From the NCBI GenBank assembly GCA_964489135.1, contig CAZAXK010000001.1, forward strand, positions 20,615 to 84,614: DNA of 64,000 nucleotides, in the 5' to 3' direction. Below, piece by piece: positions 1 to 8,541 of this stretch. Under the pieces are notes generated by a model. That model ran no database searches. It saw nothing but the letters and a program-made list of their open reading frames with translations, and was not told the DNA's origin. Position 1 is the first letter of the stretch, and the number at the start of each line of letters is the position of its first letter. The translations under genes and the position numbers were made by a program. Source of the DNA: an uncultured Candidatus Saccharibacteria bacterium. Its GTDB lineage: Bacteria > Patescibacteriota > Minisyncoccia > Phycocordibacterales > WO2-35-19.

Positions 1-985
1 GCTCGGATCGATACCCGCTAGAGCCCAAGATGTTATCTCGGGCAGGTTTGGTCTAAACCAGACTGGCGAAGAGATGACTCTCGAAGCCATCGGCAAGAAA
101 TACGGCATCACCCGCGAAAGAGTACGCCAAATCGAGAATTATGCCGTAAGCCACATCAGAAAGAGTGACCAATATGAGAAAGAAAAGTCCGCCTTTGACG
201 AGCTCAAAACAACTATCAAAAGAATGGGTGGCGTAATTGCTGAGGAAGATCTTCTTGAAAGTCTCGCTCGCGATATCGCTACAAAAAAGTGTATTCATTT
301 CATGCTAGTAGTCGGGGACGATTTCAATAAGATAAAGGAAGATGCTGAGTTCAAACACCGCTGGCACATCGATATAGAGCTTTCTGGTCGCATTCACGAA
401 GCGTTGCAAAACCTGTATCAGAAATTGGGAGACGATGAAATTATTCCTGAATCAGAAATCATTTCTTCTTTCCTTGAGCACTTGAAGGATGTCTCCGACG
501 ATTACAAAGAGGACGAAATCTTGACCCGCTGGCTCGCCATGTCAAAGAACATCGGCAAGAACCCACTCGGCGAATGGGGCAAGTCCGGCTCTTCCAACAT
601 CAAGACCAAGGGCGTGCGTGATTACGCATACCTTATACTCCGCAAACACGGATCTCCAATCCACTTCCGCGAAGTAGCTAAGCTCATTGGCGAAGTATTC
701 AAGAAGAAGGCCCATGTCGCAACTACCCACAACGAGCTCATCAAGGATGATCGATTTGTACTCGTCGGTCGTGGCCTCTATGCACTCAAAGAGTGGGGCT
801 ACCAAACTGGCGTTGTCCGCGATGTGATCAAGGACATATTGAAGAAACACGGCCCTCTCTCAAAAGAGAAGATTATTGAGCAAGTGCTCAAAGAAAGATA
901 CGTCAAAGAAAATACAATTCTGGTTAATCTCCAGAACCCAAAGTTTTTCAAGAAGAACAAGCAGGGTTTTTACACTGCTGTCTAG
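1..985 (+). CDS. RNA polymerase sigma-70-like factor C-terminus (region 4; 5' end cut by window edge) fused to a ~290-aa C-terminal extension
   Basis: Frame is open from nt 2. Translation LGSIPARAQDVISGRFGLNQTGEEMTLEAIGKKYGITRERVRQIE is the classic sigma-70 region 4.2 HTH motif. A canonical RpoD would stop ~10-20 aa later, but this ORF continues ~290 aa to the stop at 985; the extension looks like a winged-helix-type domain. Confidence 0.6.
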   Translation, partial: LGSIPARAQDVISGRFGLNQTGEEMTLEAIGKKYGITRERVRQIENYAVSHIRKSDQYEKEKSAFDELKTTIKRMGGVIAEEDLLESLARDIATKKCIHFMLVVGDDFNKIKEDAEFKHRWHIDIELSGRIHEALQNLYQKLGDDEIIPESEIISSFLEHLKDVSDDYKEDEILTRWLAMSKNIGKNPLGEWGKSGSSNIKTKGVRDYAYLILRKHGSPIHFREVAKLIGEVFKKKAHVATTHNELIKDDRFVLVGRGLYALKEWGYQTGVVRDVIKDILKKHGPLSKEKIIEQVLKERYVKENTILVNLQNPKFFKKNKQGFYTAV

Positions 986-1018
986 CGTTAAATTTGCATA
1001 ATGGGTTATAATTGATCC

Positions 1019-2278
1019 ATGTTTGGAATTCCAATAGTGATTTGGGAGAATCTGTGGCTCGCCTTCAAAATTGTTTGGAAACTTGCCCCCATTTGGCTCC
1101 CTTTGGCTTTTGTGGTGGCTGCCGCCAAGGCATGGCTTGCGTACAAGCGAGCTGATTATTGGAACAACAAGCTTGGTTCCTTGGTACTCGAGATCAAACT
1201 CCCGCGCGACGTCTTTAAGTCGCCTCTAGCAATGGAGCTCGTCTTAAACCAGCTACATCAGACCGCGGATGAAGGCAACAACTATTTCAAGTATTGGAAG
1301 GGTCAGACCAGAAGCTGGTTCTCACTCGAGCTCGTCTCTTTCGGCGGGGAGATACATTTTTATATTTGGACCAGAAAGAAATACCGCAACGGCCTCGAGG
1401 CCTACCTTTACTCGCAATACCCCGGCGTCGAAGTGCGTGAGGTCGAAGACTATACCAAAAACTACTATTACGACCCGAACCAGCACAAGTTGTTTGCTTG
1501 TCAGTGGAAACTAGATGACCCAGACCCATATCCGATCAGCACCTATGTAGATTACGGCTTGGACAAGGACCCCAAAGAAGAGTACAAGATCGACCCGATG
1601 ACAAGCCAGCTCGAGTTCCTTGGTACTTTGCGCAAAGGCCACACGATTTGGATACAGATCATTGTGCGTGCTCACAAGAAGGAAAAAAGACTTTTGCCTA
1701 TCAACAAATGGTTTAGTGAATTTGCTCTGTTCGAGGAAGTCGACTCATGGAAGGCAGATGCCAAGGCGGAAATAGATAAAATCAGAAAAGCGCTACAGCC
1801 AGAAGGTAACACCTTCCCACGCCTCGCCACTAAGGGCGAGCAAGACAAGATGGCGGCTCTTGAACGCAGTATTGGTAAGCTCGGATTTGATGTAACCATA
1901 CGCTCTCTTTATTTTGCAAAAAAAGAAGAATATGACGCCGTCTATTTGGGTGGAATGCTCGGTAGCTTCAAGCAATACTCAGCTCTCGGCTACAATAGCT
2001 TCAAGGGTGCTGGCTGGAGCAGTACTTATAGCAACCCACCCAAAGACTGGTGGAAGCCAGATCAAGCAACACTCCTGAAGCGTGCTTTTGATGAATACAA
2101 GCTTCGCCGATTCTTCTTCTCGCCATATCGAGGCAAGTGGTATTACAGCGAACCTTTCGTCCTGAATTCCGAAGAGTTGGCCACGATCTACCACCTACCA
2201 GGGGCCGTCGCCGGCACACCAACGCTCGACCGAGTACCTTCGCGCAAGGTCGATGCTCCTTACAATCTGCCTATATGA
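1019..2278 (+). CDS. hypothetical membrane-anchored protein (N-terminal hydrophobic segment), function unknown
   Basis: 419-aa ORF with TATAAT (1007-1012) exactly 6 nt upstream of the ATG. N-terminal TM-like segment; no recognisable catalytic motif. ATGA stop/start overlap with mltG. Confidence 0.5.
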   Translation: MFGIPIVIWENLWLAFKIVWKLAPIWLPLAFVVAAAKAWLAYKRADYWNNKLGSLVLEIKLPRDVFKSPLAMELVLNQLHQTADEGNNYFKYWKGQTRSWFSLELVSFGGEIHFYIWTRKKYRNGLEAYLYSQYPGVEVREVEDYTKNYYYDPNQHKLFACQWKLDDPDPYPISTYVDYGLDKDPKEEYKIDPMTSQLEFLGTLRKGHTIWIQIIVRAHKKEKRLLPINKWFSEFALFEEVDSWKADAKAEIDKIRKALQPEGNTFPRLATKGEQDKMAALERSIGKLGFDVTIRSLYFAKKEEYDAVYLGGMLGSFKQYSALGYNSFKGAGWSSTYSNPPKDWWKPDQATLLKRAFDEYKLRRFFFSPYRGKWYYSEPFVLNSEELATIYHLPGAVAGTPTLDRVPSRKVDAPYNLPI

Positions 2279-3402
2279 TGAATTTTCTTGCTACACTTGC
2301 GCGTTTCTTGCATCTGAGAAGTGCAAAAGTTCGACTGACCGATCCGATCAAAGACCGAGTTTTGTATTTGCGCGACCGGATGGCCATTCATCCGGAAGTT
2401 ATCGTCTTACGTTTACGCTTGCTCAAACTATTCGCGCCCCTAGGCAATCACTTCTTCAAGATTCTTCTGGTTCTTGCTTTAATCATTCCTTTCTATACCA
2501 GCTTTTATATTTTCTCTTGGCGAGCACCAAGTGACTTTCCCGAGCATGCGTTGGTCACGGTAGGCAGAGGAGACAGCTTTGGCCAAATTGCCGAGGCATT
2601 CGAAAAAGCTCATGTAGTAAGGTCGGCTTCGTGGCTCAAATTCTTCGTCCGTATTACTGGTGGCGACCGGCGGGTGGTCACCGGAGATTATTATTTCCCA
2701 GAGCCGGTCAGCTTATTCCGAGTTATCCGCGTTCTCCACAAAGGAGAATTTGGGCTGATCGCAGAAAGAGTTACCTTGCATGAAGGTCTAAATTCTTTTG
2801 AGATGGCGGAGATCTTGAGCCAGTCGTTACCAGCCTTCGCAAAAGAAGAATTTTTGAAGGAAGTGACAGACAATGGTTATGAGGGCACCCTCTTTCCTGA
2901 CACCTATTTCTTTATGCCCAATACAAGACCCAAGGACATTATTCTAGCGATGCGAGAGAATTTTGCTCGCCAAATAAAGCCCTACGAGGAAGACATCGCA
3001 AAATCCGGTAAGACCCTGCAAGACCTGATAATCATGGCCTCCATAATAGAAGACGAGGCAAATAAAAATATTGAATCGAGAAGAATCGTCTCTGGTATTT
3101 TATGGAAGCGGATCCAGAAAGGAATGCCTCTACAAGTTGATGCGCCGTTCAAGTATTACAACGGCAAACATTCTTACACCCTTACCGCCGAAGATTTGAA
3201 AGAAGACCACCCTTACAATACCTATGTTCGCAAAGGCTTGCCCCCGACCCCGATCGACAACCCGAGCATCGATTCTATTCGCGCCGCGATTGCCCCAACT
3301 CACACCGACTATTTGTATTTTATGTCTGACAAACAAGGCAACATGTACTACGCCAAGGATTTTGAGGGCCACCAAGCCAATAGAGAAAAGTACTTGCGCT
3401 AG
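2275..3402 (+). CDS. mltG: endolytic murein transglycosylase MltG (YceG-like)
   Basis: Start at MMNFLATL (ATG 2275 overlaps the upstream stop as ATGA). N-terminal TM followed by a YceG domain with the characteristic YYF...GTLFPDTY...P..I.NPS motifs. Confidence 0.85.
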   Translation: MMNFLATLARFLHLRSAKVRLTDPIKDRVLYLRDRMAIHPEVIVLRLRLLKLFAPLGNHFFKILLVLALIIPFYTSFYIFSWRAPSDFPEHALVTVGRGDSFGQIAEAFEKAHVVRSASWLKFFVRITGGDRRVVTGDYYFPEPVSLFRVIRVLHKGEFGLIAERVTLHEGLNSFEMAEILSQSLPAFAKEEFLKEVTDNGYEGTLFPDTYFFMPNTRPKDIILAMRENFARQIKPYEEDIAKSGKTLQDLIIMASIIEDEANKNIESRRIVSGILWKRIQKGMPLQVDAPFKYYNGKHSYTLTAEDLKEDHPYNTYVRKGLPPTPIDNPSIDSIRAAIAPTHTDYLYFMSDKQGNMYYAKDFEGHQANREKYLR

Positions 3403-3439
3403 CAAGATTTATCAATTTTTTCTGCTATAGTGTGAATCT

Positions 3440-4513
3440 ATGAAGAAGGTTTTTGTTGGATTATCTGGCGGCGTAGATTCGGCCGTTTCTGCCGGTCTTC
3501 TAAAAGAGGCCGGTTTTGACGTGACTGGAGTTTTTATCAAGGCTTGGACCCCCGATGGCTACCCCTGTACATGGAAGGAAGACCGACGTAGTGCAATGCG
3601 AGCTGCAGCGGTGCTTGATATTCCTTTTCACACTCTCGACCTAGAGAAGGAGTACAAACGCGATGTGGTGGACTATATGATCAGAGAATACAAAAACGGA
3701 CGTACTCCAAATCCGGATGTGATGTGCAACAAAGAAATAAAATTCGGCGGATTTTTGAAGTGGGCAAGAGAGCAGGGTGCAGACTTTGTCGCCACGGGAC
3801 ACTACGCACAACGTGCTCCCTCCCCTGATCAAGGGGAGGGTGGGGTGGGGTTAAAGGAAGGGGCGGACAAGAACAAGGATCAGACCTATTTTCTTTGGAC
3901 CTTGAGTCAGGATCAATTGCGGCACACGCTTTTTCCAATCGGACATTTGCAAAAAAGTGAGGTGCGCAAATTGGCCGAAAAATTCGGCCTACCGCAAGCC
4001 ACTCGCAAAGATAGTCAGGGATTATGTTTCTTGGGGCAGATCGACATGAAAGAATTTCTCCATGATTTTATCGACTCAAAGGAAGGTAAGGTTCTCGATC
4101 TAACAGGTCAAGAGATTGGTAGCCACGACGGAGCAGTGCTTTATACTTTGGGCGAGCGACACGGGCTTAGGATCTTTAACCAGACAGACCAAAGCAAGCC
4201 GTTTTATGTGGTAAGCAAAGATATCAAGAGCAACACCATCACCGTGGCACCCCAACCTACATTTCCTGCAGCGGACATCACGCACACCTACCAACTCGAA
4301 CAGATCAATTGGATATCTGGTAAGCCACCACGAGAGAATATTGAATGTCGCTACCGTTATCGACAGCCCAAAATACCCTGTCGGGTAAACGGCGACACAG
4401 TAACATTTGAATCCCCACAACTTATCGCCTCGGGGCAATCGATTGTCTTCTACCTGCCAAAGCAAGGGCAAGACGGGGATGAAATCTGCCTAGGAGGAGC
4501 GATTATTTCGTGA
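3440..4513 (+). CDS. mnmA: tRNA-specific 2-thiouridylase MnmA
   Basis: N-terminal PP-loop SGGVDSAV. Downstream ATGHYA and CNKEIKF regions typical of MnmA. Contains a short Gly/Glu-rich insertion (GEGGVGLKEG). Confidence 0.9.
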   Translation: MKKVFVGLSGGVDSAVSAGLLKEAGFDVTGVFIKAWTPDGYPCTWKEDRRSAMRAAAVLDIPFHTLDLEKEYKRDVVDYMIREYKNGRTPNPDVMCNKEIKFGGFLKWAREQGADFVATGHYAQRAPSPDQGEGGVGLKEGADKNKDQTYFLWTLSQDQLRHTLFPIGHLQKSEVRKLAEKFGLPQATRKDSQGLCFLGQIDMKEFLHDFIDSKEGKVLDLTGQEIGSHDGAVLYTLGERHGLRIFNQTDQSKPFYVVSKDIKSNTITVAPQPTFPAADITHTYQLEQINWISGKPPRENIECRYRYRQPKIPCRVNGDTVTFESPQLIASGQSIVFYLPKQGQDGDEICLGGAIIS

Positions 4514-4567
4514 TAATTTTGTAATATTTTCGTTGTATTTCGCATGATTTTCGTATAAGATGACTTC

Positions 4568-5404
4568 ATGCAAGATAACATCCTAATAACCAAAGCGACC
4601 GGCGAGCGCGAACCGTTCGATCCGGACAAGCTAAGGCAGTCTCTAACTCGTGCTCATGCTCCCAAAGAAGTAACCGAGAGAATACTTGAGAGAATTTTGC
4701 TCGGCCTCAAAGACGGGATGACCACGAAAGACATTTACACTCACGCCTTTGAGCTTCTAGCAAGCGAACACAAACCGACAGCGGTGCGATACTCTCTACG
4801 CAAAGCGCTACTTGCCATGGGCCCAACTGGATTTCCTTTTGAAAAACTGATTTCGGAAATTCTACGGGTAAAAGGTTACGAGACAACGACCGAATTTACC
4901 GCCCTCGGCCGATGCGTCGAACACGAGATCGACATCACAGCATGGAACGACGAGAAGCTTATAATGATAGAGGCCAAATTCCACAACGAATACGGTTTGA
5001 AGTCGGACCTCAAGACAGTGCTCTATGTTGATTCGCGTTGGGACGACGTACGGGAGAAGGAGTTTGATTTTGGACACAAAAGGAAGCTCGACGAGGGCTG
5101 GCTCGTGACCAACACCAAATTTACCGATCAAGCCATCAAATACGCTAAGTGCAAAAACATGAAGCTCATTGGTTGGGGCTATCCGAAGGAGGGAAATCTC
5201 CAAGACTTGATCGAGGAAACAGGTCTTCACCCCATAACAGTGCTTAACACCTTACGTCTTGAGGAACAGAGAGAACTCATGGCTCTCGGCCTTATTCATA
5301 TTTTGCAGATCAAAGAGAACCCCGATGTTGCCAGACAGGTCATCCGAAGTAGCGACGCTCTCTCTGCAACTCTCAGCGAAATAGATTTGATACTAGGAGT
5401 ATAA
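4568..5404 (+). CDS. ATP-cone domain fused to Mrr-like (restriction-endonuclease fold) nuclease domain protein
   Basis: N-terminus (ILITKATGEREPFDPDKLRQSL...) resembles the ATP-cone of NrdR/RNR. The central region (FEKLISEILRVKGYETTTEF..GRCVEHEIDITAW..LIMIEAKFH) matches the Mrr_cat / PD-(D/E)XK restriction endonuclease core. Confidence 0.7.
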   Translation: MQDNILITKATGEREPFDPDKLRQSLTRAHAPKEVTERILERILLGLKDGMTTKDIYTHAFELLASEHKPTAVRYSLRKALLAMGPTGFPFEKLISEILRVKGYETTTEFTALGRCVEHEIDITAWNDEKLIMIEAKFHNEYGLKSDLKTVLYVDSRWDDVREKEFDFGHKRKLDEGWLVTNTKFTDQAIKYAKCKNMKLIGWGYPKEGNLQDLIEETGLHPITVLNTLRLEEQRELMALGLIHILQIKENPDVARQVIRSSDALSATLSEIDLILGV

Positions 5405-5409
5405 AGCTA

Positions 5410-6144
5410 ATGGCCTACTACAAGAAAAAACTTTATGACCCAGAGGCGAAGGAAGCTTTTCGAATAAGTCGATCCAAGATCGATTTGTTTTTACAATGTC
5501 CGCGCTGTTTTTACCTCGACCGACGCATCGGCGTCTCTCGACCTCAGGGATTCCCATTCAACCTCAATAGTGCGGTAGATATTTTGCTCAAAAAAGAATT
5601 CGACCTTCATCGCAAACAGCACACCCCGCACCCTCTTATGGAAAGCTACGGAGTGGACGCTGTGCCTTTCGAACACGAAATGATGGATACTTGGCGAGAC
5701 ACATTTAAGGGAGTGGAATATTTTCATGAGCCGACCAACTTCGTAGTCTTTGGAGGAGTAGACGATGTTTGGAAAAACGGAGACGGCGAACTCATCGTCG
5801 TAGACTACAAAGCTACTAGCAAAGATGGGGAAGTTGGGCTCGACGCTGAGTGGCAAGACGGATACAAACGACAAATGGAAGTGTATCAGTGGCTACTTTC
5901 GAAAAATGGATTCAAAGTAAGCAACACTGGATATTTCGTCTATGCCAATGGTCAACGCGACCGAGAAGCCTTTGACGGCAAGCTCGAGTTTGATATCAAG
6001 CTCATACCTTACGAGGGTAAACCTGATTGGATAGAAGACACACTCAAAGATATGAAAAAATGCTTGGATGGCGAGCTGCCAAAATCTAATCCAAATTGTG
6101 AGTATTGCGCATTTGTGAGGGATCGGATCAATGCCGAAAAATAA
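5410..6144 (+). CDS. PD-(D/E)XK nuclease, Cas4/RecB-like with 4-Cys cluster
   Basis: N-terminal CPRCFY and C-terminal CEYCAF cysteine pairs flank a D..ELIVVDYK nuclease core, as in Cas4/AddB-type Fe-S nucleases. Six bp downstream of the ATP-cone nuclease gene. Confidence 0.7.
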   Translation: MAYYKKKLYDPEAKEAFRISRSKIDLFLQCPRCFYLDRRIGVSRPQGFPFNLNSAVDILLKKEFDLHRKQHTPHPLMESYGVDAVPFEHEMMDTWRDTFKGVEYFHEPTNFVVFGGVDDVWKNGDGELIVVDYKATSKDGEVGLDAEWQDGYKRQMEVYQWLLSKNGFKVSNTGYFVYANGQRDREAFDGKLEFDIKLIPYEGKPDWIEDTLKDMKKCLDGELPKSNPNCEYCAFVRDRINAEK

Positions 6145-6160
6145 TTTGGAGAATGAAGTA

Positions 6161-6249
6161 AAAACGGGATGTCCTCTGAGAAAAGTCTGGCCTCAGAGAG
6201 TTCGTCTCTGAGGAGACCCGAGGACTTTTGGAAGAGGATATCCCGTTTT
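6161..6249. other. 89-nt nested inverted-repeat element (17-bp outer stem, internal 9-bp hairpin with GTTCG loop); terminator or MITE-like element
   Basis: AAAACGGGATGTCCTCT (6161-6177) pairs with AGAGGATATCCCGTTTT (6233-6249) with one G-U wobble. Inside, CCTCAGAGA-GTTCG-TCTCTGAGG (6191-6213) is a perfect hairpin, and AAAAGTC/GACTTTT form a 7-bp pair. Confidence 0.4.
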
Positions 6250-6263
6250 AGATAAATATATAG

Positions 6264-6515
6264 ATGAAATCATTTAAAGAAAAAGTTTTTGAGGTAGTGA
6301 GGAAAATACCGAAAGGTAAGACTTTGACCTACAAGCAAGTGGCAGAGAAAGCGGGTTCGGCTAAAGCATTTAGAGCAGTCGGTAATATTTTGAATGGGAA
6401 CTTTAATCCAAAGATACCTTGCCATAGAGTAGTAAGGAGCGATGGTAAACCGGGAGGATATAATAGGGGAGCGGAACAAAAAATAAAAGTATTAAAAAAA
6501 GAAAAAGCGATATGA
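6264..6515 (+). CDS. ogt: methylated-DNA-protein-cysteine methyltransferase (Ogt/MGMT) DNA-binding/active-site domain protein, 83 aa
   Basis: Contains the conserved PCHRVV active-site motif plus the helix-turn-helix context (TYKQVAEKAGSAKAFRAVGNILNGN). Only the C-terminal domain is present. Confidence 0.75.
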   Translation: MKSFKEKVFEVVRKIPKGKTLTYKQVAEKAGSAKAFRAVGNILNGNFNPKIPCHRVVRSDGKPGGYNRGAEQKIKVLKKEKAI

Positions 6516-7147
6516 AAAAGTTAGACACAGCAGAAGATAGAAGAGAAGAGATGAAAAAGATTCGCGACGAGGTAGTCGCGCTTAAAGAGTCGCCACTATA
6601 CAAATTTCGAGTAGAGAGCAAAAACTTGCCGGTGATAGGCGAAGGGAGTCATTTCGCAAAAATTATGTTCGTAGGCGAAGCGCCAGGGAGAAACGAGGCA
6701 AAGACCGGTCGACCTTTTTGCGGAGCTGCGGGCAAAATACTTGATTGGCTTTTGGAAGGCGCAGGTATCAAAAGAGAAGAAGTGTACGTCACAAATATTG
6801 TGAAAGATCGCCCACCCCAAAACCGCGACCCATTGCCCGAGGAGATACAAATATACGGGCCATTCCTCGATCGACAAATCGAGATCATACAACCCCAAGT
6901 GATAGCGACCCTAGGGCGCTACGCCATGGGCTACATCATGCAAAAGTTTGACCTCTCGCTCGAACTCGAGCCGATAGGCAAAGCACACGGCAAAACTTAT
7001 GCAGTGCCCCGCGAAGCTTTAGCGAAGTGGGGATGGCAAGACCGCGAGATCAAAATAATCCCTCTCTACCACCCAGCAGTCGCCGTATACAACTCCCACA
7101 CCAAAGACATCCTCGCCAAAGACTTCCAAATTTTGAAAAATATTTAA
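6512..7147 (+). CDS. uracil-DNA glycosylase, family 4
   Basis: Motifs GEGS..., IMFVGEAPG.NE...G.PFCGAAG..L and HPA are typical of family-4 UDG. Overlaps the ogt stop by 4 nt. Confidence 0.85.
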   Translation: MKKLDTAEDRREEMKKIRDEVVALKESPLYKFRVESKNLPVIGEGSHFAKIMFVGEAPGRNEAKTGRPFCGAAGKILDWLLEGAGIKREEVYVTNIVKDRPPQNRDPLPEEIQIYGPFLDRQIEIIQPQVIATLGRYAMGYIMQKFDLSLELEPIGKAHGKTYAVPREALAKWGWQDREIKIIPLYHPAVAVYNSHTKDILAKDFQILKNI

Positions 7148-7167
7148 CGTACCTATAAATGAGCAAG

Positions 7168-7205
7168 GTACTGCGACAAATCTGACGGCCGTCAAATCTG
7201 TCGCA
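7168..7205. terminator. bidirectional hairpin between convergent genes (near-palindrome CTGCGACAAATCTGACGG/CCGTCAAATCTGTCGCAG)
   Basis: Imperfect 18-bp palindrome (16 of 18 positions pair) lying between the + gene ending at 7147 and the - gene ending at 7223. Confidence 0.45.
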
Positions 7206-7222
7206 GGTATTGAAGAGAATAT

Positions 7223-8491
7223 TTAGACCGAGAGGATTTTGCGGAATCTCTCTTCGTCTTGGTATTTGCCGACAATGGCGAGATTGAGGCGTTTGTTTTG
7301 AATTATTTCTTTGGCCACTTTCTGAATATCGCTTGCGGTGATCTTCTCGATCTCCTTCTCCATTTCCTTCGGCGATTTTATTTCTTCACGCAGAATTTCC
7401 TGGAAGCCGTAGAAGTCAGCCAAGCTGTCCGACGATTCGAGCCCGAGGTAGAGATTGCCAATGATGTAGTCCTTGGCTTTGCGTAATTCCTCACTTGGAA
7501 TTTTTTCATCCCTAATCCTCTTGAGCTCACCCAGTATGGCTTTGATACCTTCTTCTACCCGAGTAGAATCGACACCAGCCGAAACGCAAAGCGATCCGTG
7601 ATCGGTAAAGGCGTCGTTGCCCGACCGAACATAGTAGCAGATGCCGAGCTCCTCTCGCATCTTCTGAAAGAGTCGCGAGCTCATCCCGCCACCCAAGACA
7701 GTGCTCAGAACTTTGAGGGCTGTGTTCTTTTTGCTATATACGTTGTAGGATCGTACGCCGATTATGAGGTGAGTTTGGTCGGTTTCTTTGTATTTGAGCT
7801 TTACTTCCGGCTTGGTCTGAACTTCTTTGACCTTGGTTTTCTTTTTATTTTTTGTTATAGGAATTTCCTTGAATGCTTCCGCGACTTTCTTGAAAATTTT
7901 GGCGGATTGCACTTTGCCCGCGACGACGATCGTGGTCGCTTCGGCGGTGTAATGCTCTCGTCGATACTTTACAAAATCCTCGCGTCCGAAAGAACGCACA
8001 TTGGCCGGTGTGCCAGCAATGCTGCGTCCGGCCGGCTGATCACCAAAAAGCAGTTCCGCATAGACATCATAAACGCTGCGATGAGGCAGGTCCTCATACA
8101 TATTTATTTCCTCCACGATCACACCTTTCTCTTTTTCCAAATCTTCGACGGGGAAAGTCGGGTTGAGATACATGTCGGCAATAATGTCGAGCAGTTTGTC
8201 GGTATGCTTGGGGTGAGCTTTGGCCCAATAGCCGGTAACTTCTTGGCTAGTAAAGGCGTTGTTCTGCGCGCCGAGCGAATCGAATTCTCTCGATATGTCG
8301 ATCGCTTTCGGGCGCTTCACCGTACCCTTGAAGCACATGTGCTCAAGAAAGTGCGATATCCCGTTCTCTTCCTTTTTCTCATATTCCGAGCCGGCCTCTA
8401 CTAAGCTCATGACGGTTACCGATGGCGCGTCGGCGATGGGTACCACGATAATTCTCATCCCATTTTTGAGCACTTTTTTGTTGTATTTCAT
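7223..8491 (-). CDS. M16 family zinc peptidase (pitrilysin/insulinase-like)
   Basis: HFLEHM (the HxxEH zinc-binding inverted motif) near the N-terminus; ~420 aa. Start placed at MKYNKK (8491). The ORF track start at 8527 would leave only 14 bp to the divergent gene. Confidence 0.8.
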   Translation of the reverse strand: MKYNKKVLKNGMRIIVVPIADAPSVTVMSLVEAGSEYEKKEENGISHFLEHMCFKGTVKRPKAIDISREFDSLGAQNNAFTSQEVTGYWAKAHPKHTDKLLDIIADMYLNPTFPVEDLEKEKGVIVEEINMYEDLPHRSVYDVYAELLFGDQPAGRSIAGTPANVRSFGREDFVKYRREHYTAEATTIVVAGKVQSAKIFKKVAEAFKEIPITKNKKKTKVKEVQTKPEVKLKYKETDQTHLIIGVRSYNVYSKKNTALKVLSTVLGGGMSSRLFQKMREELGICYYVRSGNDAFTDHGSLCVSAGVDSTRVEEGIKAILGELKRIRDEKIPSEELRKAKDYIIGNLYLGLESSDSLADFYGFQEILREEIKSPKEMEKEIEKITASDIQKVAKEIIQNKRLNLAIVGKYQDEERFRKILSV

Positions 8492-8541
8492 AGAGAGAAG
8501 AATAATTGAAAGTACCTGCATAATCAAGTATATTTACCTCT

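Noticed and set aside
6191-6213. GTTCG-loop hairpin resembling a tRNA T-arm
   Set aside because: The stem is 9 bp with a 5-nt loop, and there is no acceptor, D or anticodon arm around it. It is part of the nested inverted-repeat element, not a tRNA.
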